64,000 bases of DNA, taken from contig OZ237743.1 of the NCBI GenBank assembly GCA_965178125.1, positions 1,116,001 through 1,180,000 on the forward strand, read 5' to 3'. The translations under genes were made by a program, and so were the position numbers. Of this stretch, positions 14,001 through 27,894 are shown in pieces. A model generated the notes under the pieces. It was not told the DNA's origin, made no database searches, and saw nothing but the letters and a program-made list of their open reading frames with translations. Each line of letters opens with the position of its first letter. The first letter of the stretch is position 1. Source of the DNA: Bilabrum cf. latius (taxonomy: Eukaryota).

Positions 14001-16222
14001 ACCGCAGCGGGAGTTGCCAGAGACCCTTGTTCCGCGGCGCTCTTGTGCCCCTCGGCTCCCTCTGCGGAGCTCCACGCCACGGAGCGAGCCTGCGCGGCGC
14101 CGGCTGCCCACTGCGGAACATCGAGCGGCACACTTCCGCCGTCATTCCCGGGACCTGCGCCGTCCGCCCAAGCCAGCGCTGCCTCCCCGCCCCTGCCCCT
14201 GCCCCTACCCCTACCCATGCCCCTGCTCCCGCCCTGCGACGCAGCTGCGTCTGACCCCGAAATGGCAGACACTGGGGTCTCTTCAGAGGCACCCCGCATG
14301 GGCGCCGCGCCGAGACCCGATTGGTTCCGCTCAGAACCCAAGGACGACAGGCCCGACCCCGGCCGGAACCCCCCGTTGTTCCCCGGGGTGCTACCGCTGT
14401 TCCCCAGCGACACGAGCATGGGGGACGCAGGCGAATTTGCCTGCGGAACCGCGCTATTGGCAGCGGCGGAGGGCTAAGGGCCCGGGTGATGGTGCGTGTG
14501 GTGGTGACCCGTGTGGTGGTGACCCGCGGCGATCGGGGGGGATCCGAACCCACCCCCATCCGTGTCGAGCCCGCTGGCGCTACCACCACTCGTCACACCG
14601 TAACGGGCACCACCTGCGGCCACGCGCCCGTGCGGAGCCGTCCCTGTGCCTGTGCCCGCGCCCGCACCCGCGACGCCATTTTGTCCCGAGCCCCCCACCG
14701 CTAGAGCAGCAGGTGGCGCGCCCGTCCTCCCCTTCCGTCGCAGCGACCGAGGGCTCGTCAGCTGCGGCTGCTCCTGCGGAACCGGCGCCGCGGAGGGCGT
14801 CTGGTTCCGCAGCCGCGGTCGCGTGAGGGCGCCTTCCCCGGGGGCCAAGAGGCCGGCCGGGCGAGGCCCGTGACGCCTCCGCGCCCTCGGGCCCGCGTAC
14901 CCCCTTAGGGACGGATCCTCGCCCTCGATTGTTCCCTCGATTGTTCCCTCGATTGTTCCCTCGATTGTCCCCTCCGCATCTATCATTGCCGGCCCTGCGG
15001 CACCACCGACCCTTGCCCCGGTCACGGCAGATGAGTCCCCGTGCACAGAGGCCGGTTCACGGGCGCTGGGCGCTAAAGCTCCCCTTGAGCTGCCATCTGT
15101 GCTTCCCGGTGCTAGTGCGGAACCGCGGCGGCGCCGCGCCGCCTGCTACGCCGCCCGCACCCCGCTGGCGTGCACGCACATGACGAGCGTGATGGAGGAA
15201 GCCTGGGAGAACTGCCCGTCTGCTTCCGTGCCCGCCTCGCTGGCTGTGGTGCCCCCTGAAGGGGACCGGCCTTGGCTGGGCCAGCCCATGGGGGGCTCAG
15301 ACGGGGGCGCGGCGCCGTTGGTTCCGCTAGGGAGGGCTGCACCTGGGGCTGGCTGGGCGATGCCACCACGGGCGTGTGCACCGGATGGTTCAAGCCCCTG
15401 CCCCTGCCTCTGCCCCTGTCCCTGTCCATCGGCATGGGCAGGGTCGGCGAGTCTCGGCGTGAGGCCAACGTGCCTTGCGCCAGTACCGGTGCTGCTGGCG
15501 ACCGAGCCGTGGCGCCGCTGGGGGCCCGGGCTACCGAGGGAGGAGTCCAGGCTCATCGGAGATTGCGCGGCGCCCGCGCTGATTCCGCTAGGCACGAGAC
15601 CACGCTTCCTCGCGGCCCGCAGCTGGGTCTGAGCGAACTCGCGGCGCGTTCTGCTGCGAACGAACGGGGCGGATAGCCACCGTTCTAAGTATGGCAGCGT
15701 TCCAGCGGGCAGGTGCAGTCCTGCTACTCCCAGGACGCGCGCATCCATGACGGCGCGCTTGTCTAGGGCGGCGCGCCAAGCCGAAATGCTCGCGTGCTCG
15801 GCCTCCATGTGCTCCTGCGCCCTTTCTGAGATCCGCTGATATGCACATAGGGCTTTCTAGATTGCAGCTTGCTATAGCGATGCTTGGTCACCGCGAGCCG
15901 CCATCTGCCGGGCGTGCTGAATACGTTCGCTGAATGCTGCTTCGCTTCGCAATGGCCGCCTGGGGGGATCACTCGGAACTCCAGAGCCAGAATATGTAGC
16001 AGCCTATGATTCGTTGCCTTGTTGCATTGCATTAACTCTTGCCGCGCGGGTACGCCTCGCTGCGGCGGCCTCTTTGCCAGCAACGGCAGTCTGTTGCTGC
16101 GCCCTCGCTGTCTTGTCGTATCGTCCACCTGACGCACCACTTGCAGACGAAAACACGCTCCCACGCCTTCGTATTCTTCCTCGTGGTCCAGATTCCATCC
16201 CATCGCCCTTCATCGGCTACAT
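11066..16222 (-). CDS. Large (~1718 aa) single-exon Gly/Ala/Ser-rich low-complexity protein of unknown function; 13 in-frame TAG codons
   Basis: Track ORFs 16004-16213, 15146-15808, 14474-15046, 13817-14419, 13223-13624 and 11159-13018 share one frame and each ends at TAG. The gaps contain no TAA or TGA until TGA at 11068-11066. Confidence 0.8.
14922..14974. repeat. 12-bp coding tandem repeat, about four copies (EGTI repeats on the minus strand)
   Basis: ccctcgattgtt repeated. Confidence 0.9.
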
Positions 16223-16391
16223 TTTGCCGAGAATGGGCACGGCAAGCAATCACGCGAAACCGATTTGATGTGACGAGCACATTGCACGAGCAAGTGAAGC
16301 TCGCTTCGTGGGCCGCCCGATGCTATCCTACGAGAAACATCCATCGCTGCACACTGTCGATGCAACATAACACACAATACAAGTTTCGACG

Positions 16392-18377
16392 TCAGTCGCT
16401 CAAGTCGCTCCCGAGGTCATTTTCGAAAGAGTCTTCGCCATAGTCGCCACCTTCCCCGTCCGAAGCACCTGCTCGGTGCTCGCTCATGGCCAAGTCGCCG
16501 CCACCGAGCGACATGCCCTTCCCACCCAAGCTCTGCACCGGATGACTTGCCAATGCATCGGATCCATCGTCGCTAAATTGGCCATGGGCGGCGGCAGGGC
16601 CCGGCCCAGTCGGCTCCTTAGTAGACTGGATCTAACCTTCGCCTGCAAGTGCCAGTGCCGCACCACTGGCACTGGCAGCTGCATCCGCCGGCACGTGCGG
16701 ATCGCTGCCATTGGAGTGCGCTGCACCAGTTTTGATCTCCGGTAGCTGCGATTTTGGCTTGTCTGCTGTTGACCCGGGATTGCTCTCACGTCTAGCATCA
16801 GCAACAGCATCAGCGCCAGCAACAGCATAAGCACCAGCAACAGCATAAGCACCAGCACCAGCGACACCAACAGCACCGGCACCAGCCCCAGCAACAGCAA
16901 CAGCAGTGGCGCATATGTTCCCTGGAGCCACCACAGTTGCGTCCAGGCCCGCTTCTTGAGCCAGCCGGGCGACAGCCTCTGCCCCACCCCCATAATCACT
17001 CGTCACACCAGAGGCATGCTTCCCTCGGCCCAGGGCGAGGAGACAAGCCTCTCCGATGGCAACGAGCCGCGTATCTGCTGCGATGACCTGACGAGCGAGC
17101 GCGAGCCGAGGAGGTTCCGCACCGTGCGCGGCGACAACGGCGCCGGGCGCTTCATCGTGCTCCTCCGCGTCGCTGTCTCCAAGTTTCGATTCGGGTTCGC
17201 TGCTCGGCCTAGGCCGGGCCGGCGCTCTCGTTGGTGACCCCTGCGTGCCTCTCGATTTGCCAACGGCCCACTGCAGCAGCTCGGCTGCAGCTAATACCAA
17301 TACCTTGCCGATGGGCGCCTGTCTGCTCGCAGCGCCACCCCCGACGGATTCGTCCGACGCTGCGATTCCTAATGCTCGTTTCTTATCGCCGTCTTCAGTC
17401 GGTGGACCCGCGAGCACGCACAAACCGGCCACGGCTGCCGCCGCGCTCTCTCTCGCTTCGAAGTGATAGCTCCTGCTGCTGCTTCTGAGCGCCTCCGCAC
17501 CCGTTCTGTAGTCGATCGCACTCGATGTTAAACCAATTCCACTCCTTTGGCTGGCCTGCTCCTATCTCCGTGCCTCTGCTGCTGCAAGTCCGCACGAAGC
17601 AAGTGCTCCGAGAGTGAGCACCGCAACGCTCGCCCTCGCGTCACTGCCATTGGCAGTGCCGAGCCTGCAGCCCAATGCCCAGGCGCACAGCAGAATCCGC
17701 CGTGATGAATGCTCCCAAGTGTTCGAAACGTCATGTACTGGCACGATATGCTCTTCAGTAGAAACCCCGGCGGACCGAACCGGTGCAGCTGCCATGACAT
17801 CCGACACAGAACGCTGGGTGATATGCTTCGCTAGGCGCGCAACGGCAATCGCAGCTTGGATGATCTCCTAATCAAGCCCGCATTCGTCCCGGCAAACGCG
17901 CAAGCCCTCCGAGCTGTCCGAGGCTCGCCACGAGCAAGTCGCAACATTCTCGAGGAGCGCAAAATGGACGACCAACTGATCGTGCGAGACATCCTGGTCC
18001 GTATCGTGGATCTTACGTATCTCCAACACTATCGACCTGAGTGCTGACTGGCAAGACTGCGCTAGCAAGCGCAACAGACGGCCATCTCTCTGAACCGCAC
18101 CAGTGTCACTGAGCAGGACGGCTCGTAAGGCGCGCCACGACCATGCCGTTCGCTCACCTGGCCACCGAGGACCACTCTCTACGCACTGGGCGGATTCCAT
18201 CAGTTGACGCATCACGGGCATGTTTGTGGCTATTTCTTTGCTGCACACGCTACCGCACTCGGCTCCAAGCGCAACGTATTCGATTTCCTGTTCGCCAAGC
18301 TCTTCCTCGCTCTCAACCCAAGCTGCTGTATGCTCTCGCAACCATAGTGCCACGCTGTGTCCAGTTTCAGCGTCCAT
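16392..18377 (-). CDS. Uncharacterised protein (~661 aa) with an AVAGAY/AVAGAG-type repeat; 3 in-frame TAG codons
   Basis: ORFs ending at 17868, 17562 and 16632 are in one frame and separated only by TAG. First TGA at 16394-16392. Start MDAETGHS chosen because it faces the transporter ATG across 127 bp. Confidence 0.7.
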
Positions 18378-18504
18378 ACCAGGCCGAATCGCCGAGTGTT
18401 CGTCGAGTTTGAACGCCGGCGCCGCCGTGGTCGCCGGTTCCGCAGTTCTGGCTCGGCCACCACCGCGAACTGCACTACGATCGTGGCGGCACAAGGTGCC
18501 GCAG

Positions 18505-20178
18505 ATGCTGGAATCTGACTCCAAATCTGCTGCAGTTGCTCCGTCACTAAACTTGCCGGACTCGGGAGGCAGAGCAATTCCGACTGGACACAAGCATGCA
18601 GCCTCCAGTGACCCAGCAAGCGAAACTGATGAAGGGAGCACTGTCAAGTCCATTGCGTTTGCTGTGGTACTTGCGCTCCTCATTGGGTTGTGGGTGGCCA
18701 TGAGCGAGTTGTTGCAGGGCGTCCAGAGCGAGTACCCGAACCCTTTCGCGATTACATGGGTGATTCACGTCGGCTATTCGCTTATGCTTGCACCGGCAGC
18801 CGTCATGGTGTGGATGCGGAAGAGAAATGAGCAGGCCAGGAGGGACAAATCGGGAATTAGAGATGAACCGGCCACTATCTGGTGGGCACTGGGCCAATAC
18901 AAGGTTCCATTCACTCAAATCCTGTGGTTGACCCTCGCGCTGAACTTTGTCTGTGCCGGTATTGCCTATTTTTGGTACTACAGCCTGCCCAGGACGACTG
19001 TGGCGGCAAATAATGCAATTTATTAGTCTGCGAGCGTATTCGTGTACTTCTTCTCCTTCCTACTGCTGGGCGAGGCGCTCACGCTGCAAAAGGGAGCAGC
19101 GGTTGCGGTCTCGGTCGGCGGCGTGGCTCTCGTCAGCTTCGCCAAGCAGAGCACTGACGACACCGATATCCATCCATCCACGCTGGGCTACATGATGGTG
19201 GTGGTGAGCACATGCCTGTACGCCCTGTACGAGGTCATGTACGCCAGGTATGCTGAGGGCCACGGTGGTCATGAGGAGCAGGGCGAGCACGGAGCAGGTG
19301 CTCCGGGGCCGACCAATCGGCTATCGGACGGGGACCAGAGCGAGGAGCCGCTCCTTTACGACTCGGAGCCGCAATCCGGTGCCGTGGGCAGCGCGGGTAC
19401 CGGCGCGGCCGCCCTTGGTGGTGCACTGGCTGGGGGCACCACGCAGGGCCAGCGACCCGGAGGTAGAGATGGAGGTGGGGGTGGATCCCGGTCACCCATG
19501 TCGCCGTCCCTCCAGCGCACTCCGGAGCTTCTTGCGGAGCCGGCGCCGCGCAGTGCCTGGCGCGCCTCCTCTGCGGAGGAGGTCAAGGAAGAGGAGGAGG
19601 CCGCCGAGGTCTGGCTGCAGCTGGAGCTCTCCTGCATGGTGCTGGGCCTGATCGGCGTATGGTCCGTCCTGTGCCTCTGGCCTTTCTTCTTTATCCTGAA
19701 CGTCTCCAAGGTGGAGCCCTTTCGCTTCCCCTCGGCCGGCGTGCTCGAGATCCTGCTTGGCAACGTCGTGCTCGATTGCGCGTACAACAGCCTGCTCCTG
19801 TTCGGGGTGGCGCTGGCTGGACCACTGGCCATGTCTGTCGGATGCATGCTGGTGGTGCCTGCTAGCATCTTGGCGGACTATTTTATCCACCACACGCTGC
19901 TCACGCCGATGGCCGTTGGCGGCGTGCTACTGATCGTGGCAGGGTTCGTGCTCCTGAAGACTACCCCGGGCTGCCTGAGGTGGATGGGCGCCGCAGTTGG
20001 GTGCATTGATGAAAGTGAAAGCTTGGGCGGTGCTGGGAGGATAGAGGGGCGAGGCAGTAGGGACGGCGTGGGGCGCTCCGACTCGCGCTGGGACGGCCTG
20101 TCGATGGCTGGAGTGGATGACGGCGAGGGGCAGCAGGCGAATGGGGGGACTGCAAGAGTTTTGGAGCCCGCTGTCTGA
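18505..20178 (+). CDS. EamA/DMT-superfamily (SLC35F-like) transporter; one in-frame TAG at 19024
   Basis: About ten hydrophobic helices; YPNPFAITW, YFWYYSLPRTTVAANNAIY[TAG]SASVFVYFFSFLLLGE, YALYEVMY, GPLAMSVGCMLVVPASILAD. The TAG lies inside the first EamA repeat. Ends TGA. Confidence 0.9.
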
Positions 20179-21141
20179 TTGATTGTTGTGACATTGTATC
20201 TTATGGCTACAGATTTTGCAGGTTTAGCTCGGGTTTGAGCGTTTCCCAGCGATTGAAGTCCGGCACGCGCCACTTGACCTTGGGTGACGCAGCGAGCGAG
20301 AACAAACCCAAGATTCTCCATTTTTTGTGTCTCGAAAGTCCCACAATTCTGTCTTGCGGTGAATCCCACCGTGCGTGATCATTAGAGATAAGCAAACAAT
20401 TGTCATGATTTCGTAGAGCTCGTAGGCCAGCGGACTCGCTCTTGCGCTGAACGCGAGAGAGAGTGCTGGGAAGAGGAGCCCAACCTTCAGACGAGCTAAC
20501 ATTGCGAACGATCGCTCGCTCGAAAGCATTGCTACAGAATTTGATAGAATGATCCATTTAAAACATATGTGAGTATAGCGGCTGCTTGTATGTCCCCTGT
20601 AGGGGATGAATATCTTGCACGTGCCCGGCGCATATTGGGGGAGAGAGTGACGTCTCAAATGTTTCCCCACTCAATCTCGATCAAATTCAAGTCTTGCGTT
20701 CCTCAGCGTGAAGAATAGAATTGAAATGATAACGAGATCCCAGTGTGTGTGTCGTATGCTACTGTTTGGAGCTGTGTGCGACTCTTGCTGTGATAACTGC
20801 AACCGCATGTCTAGACTCCCCGATTTTGAAACGTGATTCGCAGTTAGTAGGACAACAAGAGCCCGCAAGCAAACCCAAACAACGCTTCATCGGCGACTGC
20901 ATCGTTGAAGCCCGAAGTGCGCGCATCCTCGAGCTCAGTCTCATCCGATGACACGTGGTCAGACCAAGAGGAATGCCCACCGAGCTTAGGGGACAGCTCG
21001 CAAGGCGTGATATCCGGCCGAATAATTGAACTTGGAAATCAAAGATCAAGTAGAGCGTATCAGAATGCACGGAAAGTCTCGGATTCCACTAGAACTGCCC
21101 GAACGGCAGGTGCCGCGTCAGCAGCATCAACACGCGCCGAG

Positions 21142-23727
21142 ATGGGACCAAGCAGCTATTTCGTCTAGGTTGGCTACAAAGCGCAAGTCCAAGCCGCCCG
21201 AAGTGATCGAACCAAGAGTATGGAAACTTACGGGGTGCTCGATCATGCTGGCTAGCCACTTCAGGTTCTAACCGCTGGCCTCTGCGCCAGGAGCGACTGC
21301 AGCACAACTACTGGTGCGTCGGAGAACCGCAAAACTCAAGTTGAGCAGGGCTTGCAAGCCAGGGAAGAATCTGGCATCAGTCAGTTTAGCGGGTTAAACG
21401 TTTCGCCATCCTGCGTTCACAGCAGCGCGAAAGCGGAAGCACGCTCCGCCAGCAGGTGGGGCGATTCAGCCAACGGAAACAGTGCAGGATTGAACAGTGC
21501 TGCTAGTGGTTCGGTCGCGTCTCTCCATGACCGCAACATTAGCAGCAGCAACGGGCTGCAGCCCCAGTTACCGGTCCATCTCTCCCGCGAGCCTGCAGCC
21601 GCTGCGTTCGACCTCGGGAGCACCCAGGCAGCATCGACAGCGATCCATGCCGGTGCGGGCCCTGTGGCCGGGCATGGGCAATAGGATGAAGCGTGGGAGA
21701 ATTCTGCCGCCACAGTGTCCATCGCAGGTGCTAGCCAAGACGGTGGTATGCTGGGGAGGAGGAACATGTGGGGAGACGCCGGTGCCGATACTGCTGCATC
21801 GCCTGCACTCCACAACCGCCGCCGCCGCCGGTTCAGCAGTGGCAGCACCGACCCCCTGGAGACCGCTAGCGCCAGGGAACACATCCATGGGGAATAGCCA
21901 AGCGAAGTACAGGCCATTCCCCAGGCAGGCCTCCATACCAGCGCACCAGGGAACACTGGCAGGCAGCCGCTGCCCTCGCGGCCCGATCTCGACCTGTTCG
22001 TGGCAGAGCTCCACCGGCATGGGCAGAGCGTGAAGGAGCTGCCCGTGCCGGGGGCAGAGTAGCTTCGACAGGCCGACGATCACATGCGGATCTACCCGCG
22101 CAAGGACGATCCCGGGAGCGACTCCCACCACAACGTCCGTGCCTGGCTGCATTGGTGCAAAGACAGCCTCAAGCTGCCCTTCGCGTTCGTGGCTGCTGCC
22201 GCGCGCGTGTCCAAAGCCATGCTGTCTCAGTTCGTGAACGGCAGGCTCGGCCCCCAGTGCACGGCGGGAAAGAAGCTGCAGGCGCTTCGAGAGGATGGAC
22301 CCAAGCTGCGGCACGTGCTGGCCGGGTACATGGCCATGCGCCGGCGGGGGCCCCGCGCAAACATGTCTGCCGCGACCCTGAAGAGGAGGAGGACAAGGCC
22401 GAGCGCGGACGTGCTGGCCTCTAACGAGCGCAAGCAGCTCCGTGGCAACACGATGGATTTCATCCGGAGCCTAGTGTCGCGCGGGATCAAGCAGAAGCAC
22501 ATCGCCGAGGCGTTGGACCGCAAGCCCACGGTCGTCTCCCTCTTCCTCTCTGGTAGGCTTGGCCTGGCCTCGAACGTGATTGACGACGTCGCGGTACTCA
22601 TGCAGGACCAGAGCCGGCTGGATGCTATCCCCGGGTACACGAAGCCACGGGGTAGCGGCGGCGGTGGTGGTGCTGGCGCAGGCAACAAAGGCGCAGCGGC
22701 CGAGAAGACGAAGGGAAGGAAGAAGGCTGCCAGTGCTGAAGAAGCCAAGGGCAAAGGCAAGCGCAGGGCCACCAGCAAGCAGGCAGGGCGCAAGGACGCG
22801 AAGAGCAAATCACAAAGGAAGACCCCGTCTCGACAGCTATCCGAGAAGAGCAACAAGACAACGCAGCAGCAGCCCACGCTCGCACCCCTGGGCTCGCTGG
22901 CTGCTGCTGCCAGCATGGACTCCATCGGTGCTCCTGGCTGGGCTGATGCAGTAGTGGACCGGGCCATGGCTCGCATGCCCGCCGTCTCTTCAAGTGCTGG
23001 CGCTGGTGCTGCTCATGTACCAGGGGTCCAAATGGGAATGGCGCATATCGGGTGGATGGGGACAGGCGCGTGGGGTGGCAGGATTGACGCGCAAGTGCAG
23101 CATCTGTACGGCCCGCCCTCTCGCCCGCAGTTTGGCTCCGGTGCCAGTACCATGGCGGGGCTGGCAGAGCTGCAGAGCCTCAGGCGGGAATCGCAGCTCC
23201 TCGAGGAGTAGAACAGGCGGCTTGAGCAGGAGATCCGTCTCAAGATGCAGAGGGCAGGCTCTGGCAGCGTGGGGCACAGTGCATACCCCCTGCTGCCTGT
23301 CCCGCTCGTTGGAGGGGCAGCGTGTGCGACGAATGGTCCCATGCAGGTTGGGCCATCGTATTTCTCGTCCCCTTTTGCCACCACCGCCAGCAGCAGCAGC
23401 AGCAGCAGCAGCATTGCCGCAGCTGGTACCTACGTCCCTCACCTGGACAGCTTGCAAGCCAAGCGAAGCGTCTCCACGGACAGCGCGGAAGCGCTCTCGT
23501 CCAGTATTGGGATCGCAGCTTCCAGCGGACTAGCACCAAGCGCCACAGGCGCTCGTGTTGCTCCTTTGCATGAACAGTCGTTCGATCTGGGCGCAAAACG
23601 AAGTCGCGAGGCGCTGGAACCTCTCGCAGGTGCCGCCAGCAGCGCGCCATGGTCTGCCCAGCACGGCGAAAGGATGCTTGACGCGGAGGACGTCCCTGCC
23701 GGGAAACGCAGGCGGGCCGAGGAATGA
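21142..23727 (+). CDS. Putative DNA-binding protein (~860 aa) with two Cro/C1-like helix-turn-helix repeats, a coiled coil and a C-terminal NLS; 6 in-frame TAG codons; start uncertain
   Basis: Repeats LPFAFVAAAARVSKAMLSQFVNGRLG and GIKQKHIAEALDRKPTVVSLFLSGRLG. The coiled coil LRRESQLLEE[TAG]NRRLEQEI spans a TAG. The frame has no TAA/TGA from 20830 to TGA 23725. Confidence 0.7.
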
Positions 23728-24255
23728 GCAGTGTGAGAGGCCTGTCTGCGCATCCGGATCAGATGTAATGAGAGGTATAGCCGAAGCGTGCACGGTGCCC
23801 AGTTCGCGTTTGAGTGCGTCGGGGGGCGGCCTTCTGCGGAGCCTAGTACCGCGGTGGCAGTTCGTTACAGGTCTCGGGATTGCGTTGTGAGTCCGCTTGA
23901 TTTTGTCTGGGACGGCGTGACGCCTGCAGCAGCGACGACGTCCGCGAAGCACGCTAGCATCACCCCATGCCTGGCATAGGCGAGGGGTGTGCGAGCAGTG
24001 CGCGCGTGTGTTGCTGCCTGCACTTTTGGCGAACCACCCGTCCCTGTTGCTAGATAGAACCCGTGAATTGATCCAGTCATTCAGATAAGAATACCCAGTA
24101 CATTAGAACCAAAAGGAAGCAGATCCGCGCAGTTTATGTGGAATATCCAGTAGATCCAGATCTGATCCAGATCTAAAATTAAACTTCCACAACGACTACA
24201 CAGCCAAACGGCAACGCGGCAGCCTACGCAGTGAACTACCTGTTGAGTCCCGAGC

Positions 24256-26999
24256 TCAGCTCGCCTTAGGCTTGCCCGTCTTGCTGATGCCCGACACGTC
24301 CCACGGGTCCAGCGGCACCGTGATACCACCCATCTCGTTGTACAGCTTGAAGTACACCATCTTCTCGTCCGAAAACAGCTCCATCTCATCCGCGTCACCC
24401 GCCAGCACTGCAGCGTAGTCCGGCGTATACAGCACCGGCACGAAGGCGCGCAAAGCCAGCACCTCGGGCTTCTCATCACTCGAGAACCGCAAAGAGCCGA
24501 TTGCCTCGATTACCACGGCGAGCACAAATGCGATGCAGCAAAAGATGAGCCCGATGTACCCGCACGCGATGGACACCTCGAAGCCCTCGAACAGCTTAGT
24601 CTCCAGACCCTCCCGGATCCCAGTGTAGCTGAAGGCCCAGATGCACAGCACGGCGTCCAGAAGGGCCGAAGCAGCCGCCGAGCGCTGCAGCCACAGCACG
24701 GTCCGCAGGTGCTCCTCGAATGCATCCTTCAGGTCGTCTTCACCCCCGGCCCACGGAGGCTGCACTGTGGGCAGGGTGAGGTCAGCCAGGTAGGTCCCGC
24801 ATTTGCCCAGGCAGCCCCTGTTGAGGATCGCCTTGATCTCGAGGTAATAGGAGCGGCCCCAGAACAGCGTGAATGCAGAGACACCCGCGATGCTTGCGCC
24901 TCCGAGTCCGAGACATACGTAAAAGTACAGCAGGAAAGCACCGAAGCCGATGCCGTACACCACGTTGGATCCGAAAGACGTTTCTCTCCGGATCAGGTCC
25001 ATGGCGGGGTTCTCCACCGCCTTGCCACGTGCGTTGGTCGCCACTGGCTGATTGGGGATAGGGCCAGCAGCTGGTGCAGGTGCTGGTGCTGGAGCTGGTG
25101 CTGGTGCTGGCGTTGGTGCTGGCGTAGGCGCTGAAGCTGGAGCCGGGGCGGGGGCATCGCCAAATCCGGCGACAACGACGGTGATGCCGTCTGCGGACCT
25201 GGTCTGGTCTGGCTGCACAGACACAACAATGGCTGGATTGGAGGAGGTGGCGACAGACTTGTCAGCCGATGGTTGCGACTCTCCGGCCAGCACATCTAGG
25301 TTGGTCCTGATGTCCTTGCCGCCTTTCGCGATGCCTTTCATCCCGCAGTATCGCTCGAACTCGCGCTCGTTGAGCGGATGAGCAGTCACCCGCATGTACG
25401 GATCATCTTCGCTTGGGATGGCAGGCAGCGGTGGGAGGAGCGTCTCATCAGGAGAGTCGTCCTTGTCACAACCGCAGCTGCAGGACTCGGCTCCGATAGT
25501 CACCACCGAGATGACCACGATGGGCACCCACGCGAGGCTTGCCAGCACGGCGATCAGCCGCAGCGTCATGATGAAGACCAGCATATCGGCACTCTCGGCG
25601 TCGATGGGACCGGCGGTCGCGTTGCCTGCTCCAGGTAAAGTTGACTGCAGCAGTCTGCTGGTGCGCTAGAAAGGCGCCCACGAAAGCTCAGTGTCCTGCT
25701 CCACGATCGTGTCGTCGCTCTCATCAGAGATAGCCCCCTCTGCACCTGCGTCTGCAGATAGCACGCTCTGCCCCGTCCAAGCGGCCCTGTACCCCGGCAT
25801 GCCGAACTCAAAGAAGTCCATGGTGGCAGCATCCACGCCCACGGCTTGCACCGCGTGCACGAGCAGACCGCTGTAGGCCCCCGCTGGCAGGGCGATGGCC
25901 GCATGCACGGGGCCAGCAACGGATCCGGCCGCGCTTGTGAGGGTCTCGGCAGCTTGGAGAGCCTCGTCTACCCAGCCCAACGGCTAGTTCTCAGAGGCGC
26001 GGCCCAGCCGTCGTGACCCGGTCGCCGAGTCTGCGTTTGGGTCGCCACCGCTGCTGCCTCGCAGGAAAAAGTCGTCGTCAGCTGCTGGATCATCCGTGCT
26101 CGGGTCGTCGCCCGTTGGAATCGCCACGCTGATGTCGACAGACCGCACCACGGAATGGTACGCAGACCCGATGGCAACCGACATGATGAGTGCTCCACTC
26201 GCTGCCACACCACCCAGCAGAGGGACCAGAGAGCCGGCCGTGCCCAGCTTAAGCCTCCCCCTTGACTCGTACCGTTTCGAGGGGGGCATGCCAACCAGCC
26301 CAGTGGCCCAGTCGATCGCGTTCTCCACCATGCCCTTGTCGTTCCACCCCTGCGTCTGCTACGCCTTGACCTTGTCCACAACCTCATCCGTGGCGCGCAA
26401 GAAGCTGCCTGCCAGCTCGTTGTAGGTGGCCTGTACGAATGCCAGGACTCCCAGAGCCGACTGGGCCAGACTGATGGCGAACAGGATCGCAGAGGTTCCG
26501 ACGTAGTCCTCTGGGCTGCGGTCAGATCCCAGAGCTTGAGCTTCGCGCGCCATGCCGGCAAGCGAGCTAAGCACGATGGCCTGAATGACTACAATGGCAG
26601 ACCTGCACGACACTTTGGGTGCAACAAGGGTAAACTGAGATAACGAGATGCGAGCACGACCAAGCCATGAACGGCACCATGAATGCCTTAAACTCACTGC
26701 TTGAATGTAAAACTGACTGTCTACGAGATTGATTGGGGAGGGCGCAGCCACAGGGGTGTATACTGCCGGAACAGCTAGCAATTTAGCTTGTATTCCGCCT
26801 CTCCTACCAAAGCCTGGTAGGCTGGAGTGAGGCAATAAAACAAGCCAGAGATTCTGCTGAAGCACTCATTCGAGTAGTAACTAGCAGCGATCGAGTTGAG
26901 CGCCATGTTGACAAGGATATCGAACCAGAAGAGGACCAGCAGCGAAGATAGCGGCGCTCCGCCAACCTCCTCCACTCCGAGACCGGTAAGTTCATCCAT
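24256..26999 (-). CDS. Uncharacterised multi-pass membrane protein (~880 aa); 2 exons (26999-26698, 26602-24256); 5 in-frame TAG codons
   Basis: Co-framed ORFs joined through TAG at 26775, ~26721, 26359, 25984 and 25666. A 95-nt GTGAGT...CAG intron. Many hydrophobic segments and a (PA)n tract; ends TGA. Confidence 0.75.
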
Positions 27000-27318
27000 T
27001 TGCGCCCGCGTATTTTGGATGAAGGTAAAATCTACAGCAAGCTTCTGACTGCGTGGAATTTCGAGCCAGAGAATGCGAAAGCTAGAGCGTGCACGCATGA
27101 TGGAAAGACAAGGAGCACTTCACAGTTTGACCAAGCTTACAACATCAGAGCACCTTGAACAAGGTTGATCAAAAAGGGAATAATATGCATTTTGGTCAGA
27201 TTATCGCTACCCAGGATCCAGTTCTGCGCAGTTGGGTTCGTGCCCAGGGATCCGTTCCGTGAAACGGAACCTCTTCACTGTTCCTGCGCGGCGCCGATCC
27301 GCTGCGCGATCCGCCAAC

Positions 27319-27894
27319 ATGGCCAGCACCTGGACGGGATCCGATAGCTACATGCGTCCAGGGCAACCTACATCCGGTGAAGGTGGTGTCAGCGACTGGC
27401 AGCTTCACAACATATGGTCACATGCCGCGCCGCAGCTCCGATTGCCGTCGATTGTCGGTGCTGTATTCGGATCGGACTACCTGCAGGTGTCTGCCCGGCT
27501 TGAGAAGCAGAGCAATTGGGCATTTTCGAGCGCCCTCCTGAATGTGAGCAGGTCAACAGAGGCTTGCTCGGACACGTCAGTTGCACCCAGTCGGAGCGGC
27601 CCTGCTGTCGGCAGCGCCACTGCTATGCCTTCTGCCAGCGTCTCTGATCGTGTCTGCATTCGAGGCGAGTGGGCCCCTGTGACGCTGGGCGCCTGCCCGT
27701 CTGTGGTGGTTCTTCTTCGGGATGGAGAGCCCGCGCGCGTCTCGAGCTTTTCGATCAACGGAGTCGCCGCCAGGTGGGAGGCCCTGCCGGCATCTGGAGG
27801 TCTGCCGAACCGGATCAGGGCGGAGTGCGATGCCTGGGCAGCGGCTCCAGCGACCAGCGGGATGCAGTGGAGCGTGCAAGTTGGTGGGACATGA
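27319..27894 (+). pseudogene. Near-identical duplicate of the 3' 564 bp of the GH94-like gene (copy of 31184-31747); open from its own ATG to TGA (191 aa)
   Basis: MASTWTGSDSY...WSVQVGGT versus MAGTWTGSDSY...WSVQVN; offset 3865 bp; I saw only two substitutions. Confidence 0.8.

Noticed and set aside
16795-16905. 18-bp-period repeats as a CRISPR-like or non-coding array
   Set aside because: No spacers; they encode AVAGAY/AVAGAG repeats within a CDS.
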